A DNA stretch of 64,000 bases, from positions 13,858-77,857 of the forward strand of contig JAAZNW010000076.1 in assembly GCA_012798065.1 (NCBI GenBank), written 5' to 3'. The stretch is from Chloroflexota bacterium. Lineage in GTDB: Bacteria > Chloroflexota > Anaerolineae > Anaerolineales > Anaerolineaceae. How positions within the stretch are numbered: the first letter of the stretch is position 1; the number at the start of each line of letters is the position of its first letter. The notes under the pieces were generated by a model. The model worked only from the letters and a program-made list of their open reading frames with translations, was not told where the DNA came from and made no database searches. The translations under genes were made by a program, and so were the position numbers. Shown here piece after piece: positions 1 through 11,169 of the stretch.

Positions 1-26
1 TATACCATAAGTGTTTTGTCTCTTTT

Positions 27-1922
27 TTATTGCGTTTTAGCCAGGGCAAGGTCCAATTTTCCCCGAGCAATCGTGTGACTCAAAATCATGGACTGTAATG
101 CCTGGTCGTCGCGGTCTGCGCTCTCCTCTTCCTGGAGGAAGCGCAGCTGGTTGATGACCTGGTTTACGCGGATCAGGCGTAACGAGATGAGCGTGCGGTA
201 CAGGTCAGACAGGATCGTTTCGGTTTGCGTGTTTTTAATGTTCGTTTCTGAGAGCAGTTCATCCAGTCGTTCAGTAAAATCACCCGTGGTGTTCTCTCTC
301 AGGTAATCCAGGGCCTCTTGAGCATCCTGCCGCATGGCTTTCATCAGCAGCTTGATCAATTCATGATTTTGCGCGTCATCAAAATCTGCAACCGAAAGAG
401 GTTCAACCCCCGCCGACTTTATACGCCTCTCCAACTCGTAATAACGGTCAGTATCGTTCAGCAGGAGCGATAAAATGTGTTTCTCCATTTGCAGGGTTCG
501 GCTATCCACAGTTCTCGCGCCAGGCGTTGATCTTGCCATCTGAGTGCCTTGCGCCGCTTCTGCGCTGGCGCGGCGAGTTCGCCCACGAACCTTTTGCAGG
601 CCCATTAATGAACGTTCATCAACTTTCAAAAGGCGCGCCAGCTGTTGCCGGTAAGTATCCCTTTCGACGGCGGAAGGGACATCTTCGATCAAAGGGGTCA
701 CCTGCGCCGCGATGGCAGATTTCACTTTGGCATCTTCAAGGTTTTGACCCGCCGCCAGCGTTTCCATCACGTGAACCACGATAGGCTTGGCGCTTTCCAG
801 CACCTGCTGCCAGGCCTGCCTGTCCTTAAGCACCACATCATCTGGATCCAACCCCGGGGGCAGGGTGGTCACACGCACATCAGCCTGCAGCCGGGCTTCA
901 TGCTTCAACAAACCGCGAGGGTCATAAGTCAATTCGGCTTCACGGTCAAGCGCCTGGCGGGCAATTTCAACACCGCGCAGTGTGGCTTTCTCGCCCGCCG
1001 CATCGGCATCCAGCGCAAGAACGATGCGCCGGGTATATTTCTTCAGGTAGCGCAATTGATCCTCGTTGAGCGCTGTGCCCATCGGAGAAACACTGTTGGT
1101 AAAACCGTTTTGGTGCAGGGCGATCACATCCAGGTAGCCCTCAACCAGCACCACCTGGTCGGCATCACGAATAGCCCTTTTCGCCTTGTTCAAACCATAG
1201 AGCAGCCGCCCTTTGTTGAACAAAGGGGTCTGCGGCGAGTTTAGAAATTTGGGAACATCCTCGGGGTTAAGCACCCGCGCGCCAAAGCCGGCCATCTTTC
1301 CGGCGCCATCGCGAATGGGGAACATGATACGATTGCGGAATTTATCATAATAACCGCCAGAGTCCTTCTCCACCAGCAGCCCCACTTCCAGCATTTGCTC
1401 AAGCGCGTGCCCCTTGCCGCTCAGATGACCCAGCAGCGCTTCAGAAGATTGCGGGGCATACCCAAGTTCAAAGGCTTCTATGGACGCGGGTGTAAGACCG
1501 CGTTGTATCAAGTAATCATACGCCGCTCGCCCCGCAGGTGTCTTCGTTAATTGAAATTGGTAGTATTTAACGCTTTCTTCGAGGAGCTGGCGCATAACCT
1601 CGTACTGGTCTTCTTTTTCCTTGCGTTCAGGCGTCATGGGCGTCAGGGTCACGCCCGCCCTTTCCGCCAAATATTTGAGGGTTTCGGCAAAATCCCAGCC
1701 TTCACGCTTCATCACGAATTTGAATATATCGCCGCCTTCATTGCAGGCGCCAAAGCAATGCCAGGTGCCATTATCAGGGAAAACCGCGAAAGCCGGGGTT
1801 TTAGAATTTGGGTGGAAAGGGCAAAACCCAGAATAACTCCTGCCGGAACGGCGCAATTTCACCGTTTCGGATACGATGTCCACGATGTCCAGCCTGGCTT
1901 TTATCTCATCAATCGCGGTCAT
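27..1922 (-). CDS. dnaG: DNA primase
   Basis: 631-aa ORF. N-terminal CHC2 zinc finger (CPFHPNSKTPAF...HCFGAC). Toprim blocks (VVLVEGYLDVIAL, LALDADAAGEKA). Confidence 0.95.
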   Translation of the reverse strand: MTAIDEIKARLDIVDIVSETVKLRRSGRSYSGFCPFHPNSKTPAFAVFPDNGTWHCFGACNEGGDIFKFVMKREGWDFAETLKYLAERAGVTLTPMTPERKEKEDQYEVMRQLLEESVKYYQFQLTKTPAGRAAYDYLIQRGLTPASIEAFELGYAPQSSEALLGHLSGKGHALEQMLEVGLLVEKDSGGYYDKFRNRIMFPIRDGAGKMAGFGARVLNPEDVPKFLNSPQTPLFNKGRLLYGLNKAKRAIRDADQVVLVEGYLDVIALHQNGFTNSVSPMGTALNEDQLRYLKKYTRRIVLALDADAAGEKATLRGVEIARQALDREAELTYDPRGLLKHEARLQADVRVTTLPPGLDPDDVVLKDRQAWQQVLESAKPIVVHVMETLAAGQNLEDAKVKSAIAAQVTPLIEDVPSAVERDTYRQQLARLLKVDERSLMGLQKVRGRTRRASAEAAQGTQMARSTPGARTVDSRTLQMEKHILSLLLNDTDRYYELERRIKSAGVEPLSVADFDDAQNHELIKLLMKAMRQDAQEALDYLRENTTGDFTERLDELLSETNIKNTQTETILSDLYRTLISLRLIRVNQVINQLRFLQEEESADRDDQALQSMILSHTIARGKLDLALAKTQ

Positions 1923-1970
1923 AGGATCAATTGTAGTACAGAAAACGGTTCGGCTCTGTTGAGCGAATGA

Positions 1971-4967
1971 CTAAAAGCCCTCCAACTTCGACAGGTCAGC
2001 AACTCCGCGCATTATTGCGGAAACACGCTGCAACAGCCCTAAGCGGTTGGTGCGCAAACCAGGGCCTTCAGCCATTACCAGTACAGAATCAAAAAAGGCG
2101 TTGACGGCCGGGATCATAGGTAGGAAAACATTCAGCGAATCCCTGACAGAACCCGCGCGGCGTGGTGTTTGTTCAGCCTTCACCAACGCTTCGTGCAGAG
2201 CTTCCTCTGTGGGGTCTGCGAACGCCGCCGGATTAACCGGATAGATCTGCTTCTGATCCCGGGTTATGCGAACACAGCGGGCATATGCCGGCAGGATGCT
2301 GTTCCAATCCTCCCGTTCAACCCAATTCCCCAGTTCCTTCACCCCGCGCTGCGCGCTGGCGGGGTTATTGGCTTGTTCCGCCAGAACCGCATCCACCACA
2401 TCATAACGCGCGCCCTGCTCAATTAAGATATTGCGCAGGCGAGCGGTGATGAAATCAGCGCAGGTCTGCATGTTTTCCACGCTAATCGTGAGCGGCAGGT
2501 TTTGGGCAGCCAGTTCCAACCATTGGCGCAGGTCAAATTCAATATCAAACGCCGTCAGTAACTGAACAAGCCCAATGGCGGTGCGGCGCTGCGCGAAGGG
2601 ATCACGGGTGCCGGTAGGTGCCAAACCAGCGCCAAAGAGACCCACCAGCGAATCCAACCGGTCAGCCAATCCAACGACCAGTCCTGCCTTTGAGCCGGGA
2701 AGACTGTCTCCGGTGTAGCGTGGAAGGTAGTGCTCTCGGATGGCATCAGCGACAGCCTGCGTTTCTCCAGAATGCAGCGCATAATACTGCCCCATGATGC
2801 CCTGCAGCGAGGTCATTTCCACCACCATGTGCGTGACCAGGTCGGCCTTGCATAATTCAGCGGCGCGCAAAGCGGTCAACTTTTCCGCCGCGGAGAGACC
2901 CAACGCGCCTGACAGGGGGTCTGCCAGAAGGGTAACCCGGCGAGATTTGTCCAGCATTGAGCCCAGCTTATGCTGAAACGTGAGCGAGCCCAGGCGAACC
3001 AGCATGTCTTCAAGTTTGTGTTTCATATCTTCCTTAATGAAGAACTGCGCGTCCGCAAAACGCGCCTTGATGACCTGCTCATTCCCATCTGTGACCACGT
3101 CCGCGCCGTGACCATCCCCATTACGCACAACAACAAAGAACGGCAGTAATTTGCCCGCGTCATTGCACACCGGGAAGTATCGCTGATGTTTCTTCATCAC
3201 TGAAATGAGGACTTCCGGTGGCAACTCGAGATGCGCGGGGTCAAACCGGCCCAATAGCGCTGTGGGGGCTTCTACCAGCCGGCTCACTTCCTCCAACAGT
3301 TCTTCTTCCAGTAATGGCCTGCCGCCCACCTGTTCACAGCGCTCATTCACCTGCTGCTGGATCGTCTTTTTCCGCCGTAGTGGGTCGAGAATGATTCCCT
3401 GGCTCGAAAGAAAGGCTTGATAATCAGCCAGAGAGGTGAGAGTTATTTCAGTAGGTTCATTAAACCGCAAGCCATGCGTGGTATTCGTGGCCCGCAAACC
3501 AGCGAATTCAAAAGGAATGGTAGAACCGCCTAAGAGCGCGGTCAACCAGCGCACCGGGCGCGAAAATGGCACATTGGTATGATTCCAGCGCATGGTCTTT
3601 TCGAACTTAATACTTTCCAGCAACCCTGGAAGCGCTTCGCCCAGTACCTGGTGAGTTGGGCGGGTATCTTCCTTTACCAGGGCTACCAGGTAGGTACCCC
3701 CGTCAATCTCGCGCGCGCGCAGGTCTTGCACCCTCACGCCCTTGCTTTGGGCAAAGCCTTCAGCTGCCTTTGTGGGTAATCCATTGGCATCATAACCACG
3801 GCTGGCTGGTGGACCTTTGACCAGGGTTTCTTTGGCTTCCTGGCGCGCCGCCAGGTCCTCCACTATTACCACCAGCCGGCGAGGCGTCCCCGCCACAGAC
3901 ACCTGCCCATGGGTCAACCTCAATTCATCCAGCATCAACGGTACGCGTTCAATCAACTGCTCAATCGCGCTCTGCAGGTCAGCTACCGGCAGTTCTTCGG
4001 TGCCAATTTCCAATAATAGATCGGTGGGTGCATCGGGGAAAACATGGGTTTCTATTGGCTTCACCTCTACAGCCGATGTCTTTTTTTCACCTCTCATCCA
4101 GGGAAAGCCTAATTCCTGACGCTGGGCAACATAAGCCTCCGAGATCGCACGTGCCATCTCGCGCATCTTGCCAAACATCGCCTGGCGCTCGGTCACACCC
4201 ATCGCGCCGCGGGTATCCAATATATTGAAGGTGTGTGAGCATTTCAGCAGGTAATCGTAAGCAGGCAACACCAATCCCTTCCCCAGCGCTTCTGCGGCTT
4301 CTGCCTGATACAGCTGGTAGAGCTGGCGCATGCGCTCCACATCGGCCACTTCAAAGTAATATTTACTATGCTCCACTTCAGCCTGCAGGTTCACATCACC
4401 ATCCGTGAGGGTGTCGTTCCAGCGCATCTCGCGGAAATGGTGCACACGCTGTAAGGGCATGGTAATGCGCTCGAGCCCGTAGGTGATCTCCACGGAGACC
4501 GGGTCGAGCATCAACCCACCCGCTTGCTGAAAATAGGTGAACTGGGTAATTTCCTGACCATCCAGCCAAACTTCCCAGCCCAGCCCCCAGGCGCCCAGCG
4601 CCGGTTGCTGCCAGTTGTCTTCCACAAAGCGGATATCGTGTTCTCTCGGGTCAATCCCGATAGCCTTTAATGATTCCAGGTAGATTTCTTGCGGGTTACC
4701 CGGATCAGGTTTGAGAATCACCTGGAACTGGTAATGCTGCTGAAAGCGGTTCGGGTTCTCCCCATAACGTCCGTCATCCGGCCTGATGGATGGTTCCACA
4801 TACGCCACTTTCCAGGGCTCCGGGCCCAGCACGCGCAAGAAGGTCGCCGGGTTCATCGTACCGGCGCCCACCTGGCTGTAATATGGCTGCCAAATCAGGC
4901 ACCCCTGGTCTGCCCAGAATTTCTGCAACGACATGATCACGGATTGAAACGCAAATGCTTTGCTCAT
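1971..4967 (-). CDS. glyQS: Glycine--tRNA ligase, fused alpha+beta chains
   Basis: One continuous ORF. The N-terminal ~300 aa are GlyQ-like ([31 protein letters not shown]). The rest is GlyS-like ([11 protein letters not shown]...). ATG at 4967 is preceded by GGAG, so the 18 extra upstream codons of the track ORF are probably untranslated. Confidence 0.9.
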   Translation of the reverse strand: MSKAFAFQSVIMSLQKFWADQGCLIWQPYYSQVGAGTMNPATFLRVLGPEPWKVAYVEPSIRPDDGRYGENPNRFQQHYQFQVILKPDPGNPQEIYLESLKAIGIDPREHDIRFVEDNWQQPALGAWGLGWEVWLDGQEITQFTYFQQAGGLMLDPVSVEITYGLERITMPLQRVHHFREMRWNDTLTDGDVNLQAEVEHSKYYFEVADVERMRQLYQLYQAEAAEALGKGLVLPAYDYLLKCSHTFNILDTRGAMGVTERQAMFGKMREMARAISEAYVAQRQELGFPWMRGEKKTSAVEVKPIETHVFPDAPTDLLLEIGTEELPVADLQSAIEQLIERVPLMLDELRLTHGQVSVAGTPRRLVVIVEDLAARQEAKETLVKGPPASRGYDANGLPTKAAEGFAQSKGVRVQDLRAREIDGGTYLVALVKEDTRPTHQVLGEALPGLLESIKFEKTMRWNHTNVPFSRPVRWLTALLGGSTIPFEFAGLRATNTTHGLRFNEPTEITLTSLADYQAFLSSQGIILDPLRRKKTIQQQVNERCEQVGGRPLLEEELLEEVSRLVEAPTALLGRFDPAHLELPPEVLISVMKKHQRYFPVCNDAGKLLPFFVVVRNGDGHGADVVTDGNEQVIKARFADAQFFIKEDMKHKLEDMLVRLGSLTFQHKLGSMLDKSRRVTLLADPLSGALGLSAAEKLTALRAAELCKADLVTHMVVEMTSLQGIMGQYYALHSGETQAVADAIREHYLPRYTGDSLPGSKAGLVVGLADRLDSLVGLFGAGLAPTGTRDPFAQRRTAIGLVQLLTAFDIEFDLRQWLELAAQNLPLTISVENMQTCADFITARLRNILIEQGARYDVVDAVLAEQANNPASAQRGVKELGNWVEREDWNSILPAYARCVRITRDQKQIYPVNPAAFADPTEEALHEALVKAEQTPRRAGSVRDSLNVFLPMIPAVNAFFDSVLVMAEGPGLRTNRLGLLQRVSAIMRGVADLSKLEGF

Positions 4968-5046
4968 TAATTCTCCGGGAAGGTGTGACTTTGAAGTGTT
5001 CCAATTATACCCCGAGAGCAAGGGGCGCCGCTGGTGGCGGGCGGGG

Positions 5047-5811
5047 TCACATTTGCTTGCGAATTTGTTTAAGGAATTCTGGCGAGTTCAAGCTGCGTTC
5101 GAGTAAATAGGTGAGATAGTAATGCTGCAGGGCATCGATTTCCTGGCGAATGGCAGGCGGCGGAGCGGCGCGCATGGCTTCTTTGTAATTGCTGCGTTGA
5201 AAATGACGCAAAAAACGCAGCGCTTCCATCGAAACCGGACGGCTGCTCTGACCGCGCGTGGCGCATTTGGGGCAGAGCACACCGCCCATATCCGCTGAAA
5301 AGTACTGGTCGCGGGCGGTGATCGCTTCGGCGCAGGCGGCACACTCAAACAGCAATGGTCGGTAACCTAACAGGTCGAGCAGGCGCATTTCATAATATTT
5401 CACCGGCACAAAGTCTTCTTCTGTGGTGGACAGTCTGGTAAGTGTTTCGGTCAGGAGCTGGTACAGTTGCCAGTTTTGTCCCTCTTCATATGTGAAACGA
5501 TCAAGAAGTTCCACCACATAAGCCGCTTGCCCCATCTTTTGCAGGTTTTCACGCAAGGGTTGAAAAAGGTCGATGGCTTCTGCCTGGGTCACAATCCACA
5601 GGTCGTGTCCCTTTGCCAGCATGATGGCAGCGCGGGTAAATGGTTCCAGGTGACCGGCTTTACGCGATTGGATTTTGCGCAGCCCTTTGGCGATGGCGCG
5701 TAGTTTGCCCTGTTCACGCGAATAGATTACCAGCAGCCGGTCAGCTTCGCCCCAATCTGAATGGCGCAGCACCACCGCCTCCACCCGGATATTGCGCTCG
5801 CTCCTGGGCAT
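5047..5811 (-). CDS. recO: DNA repair protein RecO
   Basis: 254 aa. RecO-like N-terminal OB region ([15 protein letters not shown]). CxxC...CxxC zinc module (CAACAE...CPKCA). Lies between cdd and glyQS as in Firmicutes. Confidence 0.85.
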   Translation of the reverse strand: MPRSERNIRVEAVVLRHSDWGEADRLLVIYSREQGKLRAIAKGLRKIQSRKAGHLEPFTRAAIMLAKGHDLWIVTQAEAIDLFQPLRENLQKMGQAAYVVELLDRFTYEEGQNWQLYQLLTETLTRLSTTEEDFVPVKYYEMRLLDLLGYRPLLFECAACAEAITARDQYFSADMGGVLCPKCATRGQSSRPVSMEALRFLRHFQRSNYKEAMRAAPPPAIRQEIDALQHYYLTYLLERSLNSPEFLKQIRKQM

Positions 5812-5817
5812 AGAACC

Positions 5818-6234
5818 TCAAAGCAGGTCTTCAGGCCTGAACGCCCAGGGTAATAACCCCTCAACAGTGGTATCTATATGCGTTTTGCCGTTGGTATCCA
5901 CAATCAGCACACGGGTAGAAAGACCAAACTCAGCCATCACCTGGCGGCAGGAACCACAGGGTGAACCGCCGTTATCGGTCATCACCACGAGAACAGTGAA
6001 ATCACGCTCTCCCTCTGAAACGGCTTTGAACATCGCCACTCGCTCGGCGCAGATACCTGCCGGGAAAGCAGCATTTTCTATGTTGACGCCATCGTAGATT
6101 TTACCGCTGGCGGTGAGCAGCGCTGCGCCAACCGCATAGTGAGAATAAGGCGCGTAAGCCCAATTGCGCGCGTTTCGGGCGGTTTCGATTAACTTTTCGA
6201 GCATCTCCCCATCAATTTGTGTCGTTGTCTTCAT
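5818..6234 (-). CDS. cdd: Cytidine deaminase
   Basis: 138 aa. Zinc motifs CAERVA and PCGSCRQ. Start may instead be the internal Met at 6204, which would remove the 23-nt overlap with the upstream gene. Confidence 0.9.
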   Translation of the reverse strand: MKTTTQIDGEMLEKLIETARNARNWAYAPYSHYAVGAALLTASGKIYDGVNIENAAFPAGICAERVAMFKAVSEGERDFTVLVVMTDNGGSPCGSCRQVMAEFGLSTRVLIVDTNGKTHIDTTVEGLLPWAFRPEDLL

Positions 6235-7474
6235 CCTGTTTCTCCATCTTCACCGCGCGTATCCGGCCAACCCGGCGGTGATGCACTCCTTCCACCGTTA
6301 AACGCCAGCCATCAAAGACCAGCTCGTCCCCTTCAACGGGTACCCTGCCTTCCTGGCTGTAGAAGTACCCTCCCAGCGTATCCGTTTGGTCAGACTCCAG
6401 TTCAGTATCCAGCGCTTCATTAAAGTCATCTAACGAAACCCTGCCCAGGAAGACAAACTCGTTATCCGATATCTTTTCTACCAGCCGTTCTTCGCTTTGA
6501 TCGTACTCGTCACGGATCTCGCCCACAATTTCTTCGACGATATCTTCAAGGGTTACCAATCCCGCCATGCCGCCGTATTCATCCACCACCACCGCCAGGT
6601 GAATCCCCCTGGCCTGCATTTCCGCCAGCAGCTCATCCGCTTTTTTTGATTCAGGCACAAAATAGGCCGGGCGCAGGAATTTGCGGATGGTCTGATTCTT
6701 GGCTGGTGAAGTAAGCAGTTTCAACAGGTCTTTGGCGTAGAGCAACCCGATCACATTATCAATCACCTCTTCGTACACTGGCGCGCGAGAATGCCCTGTG
6801 GTGATGAATTGATTAATGGCGTCGTTCAATGGCGTGTCCACATCCAACGCCAGTACTTCAATGCGCGGCACCATTATTTCACGGCAAAGCGTATCACCAA
6901 ACTGGAAGATGGAGTAAATCATCTTGCGTTCATCAGGTTCCAGCCCGCCTTCTGGTTCGCCAACCTCCACCCAGGTCTTCAGCTCATCTTCTGAAACAGC
7001 CCCCAGGTTGCGCTGTACCGTATCACCGGAGCCCTGCAGACCCACCAGCAGCGAGGTGAACGGGCTGAAAAGTCGGTCAAGAAAATTCGCCAGCGGCGCC
7101 AGGCGCATCGCCCAGGTTTCGAGGTCTTTCAGTGGAAATCGCTCTGCCAGGAATTCGAAGCAGAGCAGCGTGAATATGGCTAAGACGAAGATGCCCAACA
7201 AGCCGCCGATCGAAAGCTGGGTATATGTGGTTTTCAGTAATAACCAGAGGGAGGCGAGTACCAGGGCGTGCAGCACGGCTACCAATAAGCGCATTGTTGC
7301 GCGCAGCCGGGTGGTTTCCAGCACCTTGATGGTGCGCTCCAGTTCTTCCCGGTCTTCTGTGCCCAGGTCGATCAGCTGCGGCAGGCGCGCATTAAAAAGC
7401 GCTACCCGTATGATGCAGATAAAAATATCCAGCGCGACAAACACGCCAAGTAACAACCAGGCGATCAAGGTCAC
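6212..7474 (-). CDS. CorC/HlyC-family membrane protein (DUF21 + CBS pair + CorC_HlyC C-terminal domain)
   Basis: 420 aa. Four N-terminal hydrophobic helices, then a CBS-pair region (REIMVPRIEV...VVDEYGGMAGLVTLEDIVEEIVGEI) and a C-terminal transporter-associated domain. Confidence 0.85.
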   Translation of the reverse strand: MTLIAWLLLGVFVALDIFICIIRVALFNARLPQLIDLGTEDREELERTIKVLETTRLRATMRLLVAVLHALVLASLWLLLKTTYTQLSIGGLLGIFVLAIFTLLCFEFLAERFPLKDLETWAMRLAPLANFLDRLFSPFTSLLVGLQGSGDTVQRNLGAVSEDELKTWVEVGEPEGGLEPDERKMIYSIFQFGDTLCREIMVPRIEVLALDVDTPLNDAINQFITTGHSRAPVYEEVIDNVIGLLYAKDLLKLLTSPAKNQTIRKFLRPAYFVPESKKADELLAEMQARGIHLAVVVDEYGGMAGLVTLEDIVEEIVGEIRDEYDQSEERLVEKISDNEFVFLGRVSLDDFNEALDTELESDQTDTLGGYFYSQEGRVPVEGDELVFDGWRLTVEGVHHRRVGRIRAVKMEKQDEDNDTN

Positions 7475-7475
7475 T

Positions 7476-8819
7476 TCATTCCTTTTTCTTCATTGGGCGG
7501 GCAGGAACACCCGCAACAACTTCATTGTCGGCGACATCATGCGTCACCACCGCGCCGGCGGCGGTTTTGGCGTTTTTCCCTATCACCACGGGGGCTACCA
7601 GCATGGTATCGGAGCCAATGAAGGTGTTTTCACCAATTTCGGTGGGGTTCTTGTTCACGCCGTCAAAATTACAGGTGATGGTGCCCGCGCCGATATTGAC
7701 GTTTTCGCCGATCGTGGCGTTGCCAATGTACGAAAAATGACCCATCTTGACCCCTGCCGCCAGGTAAGAGTCTTTCACCTCACCGAAATTACCCATGTGC
7801 ACACCACGCCCCAGGTGCGCTCCTTTGCGCAGGTGGCAGAACGGACCCATCCCAACCTCGTCTTCTACTACCGCGCCTTCAACCACCGACGCCAGCAGGT
7901 GGCAGTGATTGCCAATTGTGGAGTCATTGATGAAGGTGTTCGGTCCAATTTCGCAGCCTTCGCCGATGATGGTGCTGCCGCTAAGCCAGGTGTTGGGCAG
8001 CAGAATGGTGTCTCGACCAATTTTCACGCTTTCTTCTATATAAACAAGTTCAGGGTCAGTCATGCTTACGCCGGCGAGCATATGCGCCTGATTGATGCGT
8101 CGGCGGATGACGCGCTCGGCTTCCGCCAGGTGCACGCGGTTGTTGATGCCAAGGGTTTCTTCCTCGTCTGTCACTGTAAGGCTGGAAACAGGCGAACCTT
8201 CTGCCACAGCCACGGCTACGATGTCCGTGAGGTAATATTCACCCTTCGGTGAAAGCTGGATCTTCCACAGCGCCTGCCACAACCAGGAAGAATTGAAACA
8301 ATAAGCGCCGACATTTAATTCATCAATTTTCAATTGCTCAGCCGTGGCCTGGGCTTCTTCAACAATGCCTGTCACTCCTCCATCCACGCCGCGGAGGATG
8401 CGCCCAAAGCCGCGTGGATTGGCTGAGCGCACGGTGAGCAGGGCCATTGGGCCGGTGTTTTGTGATTGTGTGGTGACCAGCCTCTGTAGGGTATCCGCGG
8501 TGAGCAGCGGCATGTCCGCTGAAATGACAAGCACCAACCCACTGGCGTCAGCCAACAACCCTTCAGCCGCCTGCACCGCGTTGGCGGTACCCAGGCGCTG
8601 CGGCTGCAGCGCGTAGGCTACAGATTCTCCCAGAGCACTGCGGACCTGCTCAGCGCCGTTTCCAATCACCACCACTGTTCTACTGGAAGAGAGCGCGTCC
8701 GCCAGATCGATGGAATATTTTACAAGCGGTTTCCCATTTAAAGGATGCAGCACTTTAGGCAGGGTTGAGTTCATACGCGTTCCCTGCCCGGCAGCGAGGA
8801 TGATGGTAGAAAGATTCAT
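7476..8819 (-). CDS. glmU: Bifunctional GlcNAc-1-P uridyltransferase / GlcN-1-P acetyltransferase
   Basis: LAAGQGTRM nucleotidyltransferase motif and C-terminal left-handed beta-helix hexapeptide repeats. ATG at 8819 has GGAGAG 5 nt upstream; the track ORF begins 4 codons earlier at GTG. Confidence 0.92.
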   Translation of the reverse strand: MNLSTIILAAGQGTRMNSTLPKVLHPLNGKPLVKYSIDLADALSSSRTVVVIGNGAEQVRSALGESVAYALQPQRLGTANAVQAAEGLLADASGLVLVISADMPLLTADTLQRLVTTQSQNTGPMALLTVRSANPRGFGRILRGVDGGVTGIVEEAQATAEQLKIDELNVGAYCFNSSWLWQALWKIQLSPKGEYYLTDIVAVAVAEGSPVSSLTVTDEEETLGINNRVHLAEAERVIRRRINQAHMLAGVSMTDPELVYIEESVKIGRDTILLPNTWLSGSTIIGEGCEIGPNTFINDSTIGNHCHLLASVVEGAVVEDEVGMGPFCHLRKGAHLGRGVHMGNFGEVKDSYLAAGVKMGHFSYIGNATIGENVNIGAGTITCNFDGVNKNPTEIGENTFIGSDTMLVAPVVIGKNAKTAAGAVVTHDVADNEVVAGVPARPMKKKE

Positions 8820-8970
8820 ATTTCTCTCCACGAAAGATACCAGCGAGTCATTTTATTCTACACCGGATTAAACACAGCCGCGCGCCATCCAACTTGTGGC
8901 AGCTGAGCCGAAAAACACGGATTGAGATCTGGGAGGTTCTGATTTCTTTTTCATTCACTTACTGCACAGG

Positions 8971-9041
8971 CTGGGGCGCCTGGATTCGAACCAAGATCCA
9001 CAGATCCAAAGTCTGGTGTGCTGCCATTGCACCACGCCCCA
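8971..9041 (-). tRNA. tRNA-Gln (anticodon UUG)
   Basis: Reverse complement is TGGGGCG-TG-GTGC-AATGGCA-GCAC-A-CCAGA-CTTTGGA-TCTGT-GGAT-CTTGG-TTCGAAT-CCAGG-CGCCCCA-G. Cloverleaf folds with a U1-A72 pair typical of bacterial tRNA-Gln. One C27/U43 mismatch. CCA is not encoded. Confidence 0.85.
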
Positions 9042-9111
9042 ATACACTCCATCCGCAGTGGGTTAGATTCTAACACAAAACCTGTTGGAATGGCGTCTCC
9101 CGCCTGCCCTC

Positions 9112-11079
9112 TCATTTACCCGGGCAGGTCTCTCCGAGCGTGAGAGCTTCAATGTTCTTCAAAGGGCTGCGGGCGCTCACATCCAGTTGCAACCCGCACA
9201 GGTCAGGTCGTGAAACCATGGCTTTGACGTGAAAGAACAGGGGCAGCGCGGGCAGGTCTTCCATCAGGATCTGTTGCGCGTTAGCGGATTGGGCGGTGAG
9301 CAAATCGCGGTCCAACCCGGCTGAAAGCGCCTGTTCACAGGCAGCGTCGTATTCGCTGCTGGCGTATCCGCTGAGGTTGACCCCTCCATAGCGCGTGCCC
9401 AACCACTTGTTCTTTGCTGAGGGGATCTCTGAAGAAGAGAACAGGAAACAGGGCGGCTGCCTGCCAGTTGACCACGCCAGCTCCGCCAGGTCAAAATTGC
9501 GGCCAAAGATCCGCCCTTCGGGGCCAGGCGCGAACATTTCGCCCACAGAAATGAATGTGGGCGTGACCTTGATGCCGCACTCACCCAGCGATTTCACCAC
9601 CGCTTCGGTCACAGCCGCGTGCAGTTCACTCTCGGTAACGTAGTAATTCAGAGATAGTTCGGTGTTGTAGAAGATATTCTTAATATCTGCCGCCACCCTG
9701 GGGGTTGAGTGGTTGCCGTCGCTATCCTGCCAGCCTGCTTCTTCGAGCAGCTGGATGCCCAACTGGGGGTTGTGCGTGTAGCTCCGCGTCTCTGCCGCCG
9801 CGAAAGGATGATTGGGCGGCAGGAAAGTGCTGGGGATGACCGATTGGTTCAGGGTGATATACGTTTGGATGTACTCGCGGTCCACACAGTAGGCGATCGC
9901 CTGGCGCACTCTCACATCTCCGAAGAAATCCTGACGGTCTTCATACGGGTTGTAAACATCATCGTAAGTTGCCGGTTTAATACCGAAGTACAGCCCCTCC
10001 CATTCTGGACCCATGCCAAAGTAAGCTTTGAGCTTTCCCTGTCCTTCCAGTTCACGCACGCGCAGGATCTGTGACTCCAACCCGGCGGAGGTATCTATGA
10101 TGTCGCATTCACCGGTCAACATCATGCTCAGGTCAACCTCAGGCGTGGAGGGAATGAAGCGGTACACAAGCACATCGAAATAGGGCAAACCTTCAGCCGC
10201 TCTGAAGTAATGAGAGTTCTTCACCAGGCGGATGTGGTCGCCGCTCACCCATTCGTCCATCTTATACGCGCCCCAACCAAGGGGCTGGCGCGTGGTCAGG
10301 GGGTCTTCGTTCATCTGGGTAGGAGTGAGCCCGGCGAGCGCGTGTTCTGGCAGCGGCGACCAGAAAAAAGCCGCGGGGTTAAGCGTAAGATAGCCTGGCT
10401 GACCGATCCATTCCACCGTGTGATCATCCAGCGCAGTATATGAGAAAGTACGCTCGATGTTGGTTTTAAGGACCCTGGTTGCCTCGTCGGCGCTGACGCT
10501 GAAGGAGAAAACCGAATCTTGCGCTTTAAGCGCTTCGCCATCTGACCAGGTGACGCCGTCCAGCAGGGTGAAGTTCACCACCATCTGAGTCAATTCGAGC
10601 GCGGTCGTGCCGTCCCACTCTACCGCGCAGCCAGGGGAGGTGCAGCCCGCCGGGAAAACGCGCGTGCCCTTCTTAAGCGCGACGATGTCTCCGTTCACAT
10701 TTGCGACCGGGTCACCCTCACTGACCGCCACAGAGCGCAGGCTCACCGCGCCATTTTCCTGCGAAGGGAGAGTAGCCAGGATTACCGCGGATGGTTCATA
10801 ATTGAGCGTGTCGACCGGTCCATCATAAAGCGCCTCTAGCACGCTCCACTTGGTACGCGAAGTATCGCCATAGATGTACAGGTCACCGGGTTCATTGGCC
10901 AGGCACACGACCAGCGTCTTGGGGGGCGGCGACGTGGGAGTGGGCGGTGCCACGGTGGGCGTATTGGCAGGCGGGTTGCCAGCAATTTGTTCTTTGTGGC
11001 AGGCGCTCAGTAAAAATAGCGCTGCCAGCATCACCGACAGCAGGGCTATAATAGATGTAAGCCTTGTTCTCATTCTCAT
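9112..11079 (-). CDS. ABC transporter substrate-binding lipoprotein, family 5 (peptide/nickel/oligosaccharide type), canonical module order
   Basis: 655 aa. Signal peptide plus lipobox (LFLLSAC) and a Pro/Thr linker. The N-terminal-type module (KTLVVCLANEPGDLY...) precedes the VRVRQAIAYCVDRE-type module, as in DppA/OppA-like proteins. Confidence 0.85.
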   Translation of the reverse strand: MRMRTRLTSIIALLSVMLAALFLLSACHKEQIAGNPPANTPTVAPPTPTSPPPKTLVVCLANEPGDLYIYGDTSRTKWSVLEALYDGPVDTLNYEPSAVILATLPSQENGAVSLRSVAVSEGDPVANVNGDIVALKKGTRVFPAGCTSPGCAVEWDGTTALELTQMVVNFTLLDGVTWSDGEALKAQDSVFSFSVSADEATRVLKTNIERTFSYTALDDHTVEWIGQPGYLTLNPAAFFWSPLPEHALAGLTPTQMNEDPLTTRQPLGWGAYKMDEWVSGDHIRLVKNSHYFRAAEGLPYFDVLVYRFIPSTPEVDLSMMLTGECDIIDTSAGLESQILRVRELEGQGKLKAYFGMGPEWEGLYFGIKPATYDDVYNPYEDRQDFFGDVRVRQAIAYCVDREYIQTYITLNQSVIPSTFLPPNHPFAAAETRSYTHNPQLGIQLLEEAGWQDSDGNHSTPRVAADIKNIFYNTELSLNYYVTESELHAAVTEAVVKSLGECGIKVTPTFISVGEMFAPGPEGRIFGRNFDLAELAWSTGRQPPCFLFSSSEIPSAKNKWLGTRYGGVNLSGYASSEYDAACEQALSAGLDRDLLTAQSANAQQILMEDLPALPLFFHVKAMVSRPDLCGLQLDVSARSPLKNIEALTLGETCPGK

Positions 11080-11118
11080 ATAGATTATCCTCGTGTCAAT
11101 TATAAAGCATAGACCGGG

Positions 11119-11151
11119 AACAAAAAACGGCGGCTGTGAGCTGCCGCCGTT
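11119..11151 (-). terminator. Rho-independent terminator after the permease gene
   Basis: On the minus strand: AACGGCGGC-(8-nt loop)-GCCGCCGTT, a perfect 9-bp GC-rich stem, followed by TTTTTTG. It lies 19 nt after the stop of the 11170..12210 gene. Confidence 0.7.
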
Positions 11152-11169
11152 GAGGTTCGAGTGCGCGCT

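Noticed and set aside
4968-5046. T-box leader upstream of glyQS
   Set aside because: Only 79 nt separate the glyQS start from the recO stop. That is too short for a T-box, and no specifier or T-box sequence is visible.
6924-8252. 442-aa plus-strand ORF spanning the CorC-like and glmU genes in antisense
   Set aside because: Same explanation. It is in codon register with glmU over most of its length, its translation is Ser/Arg-rich, and both sense genes have clear family motifs.
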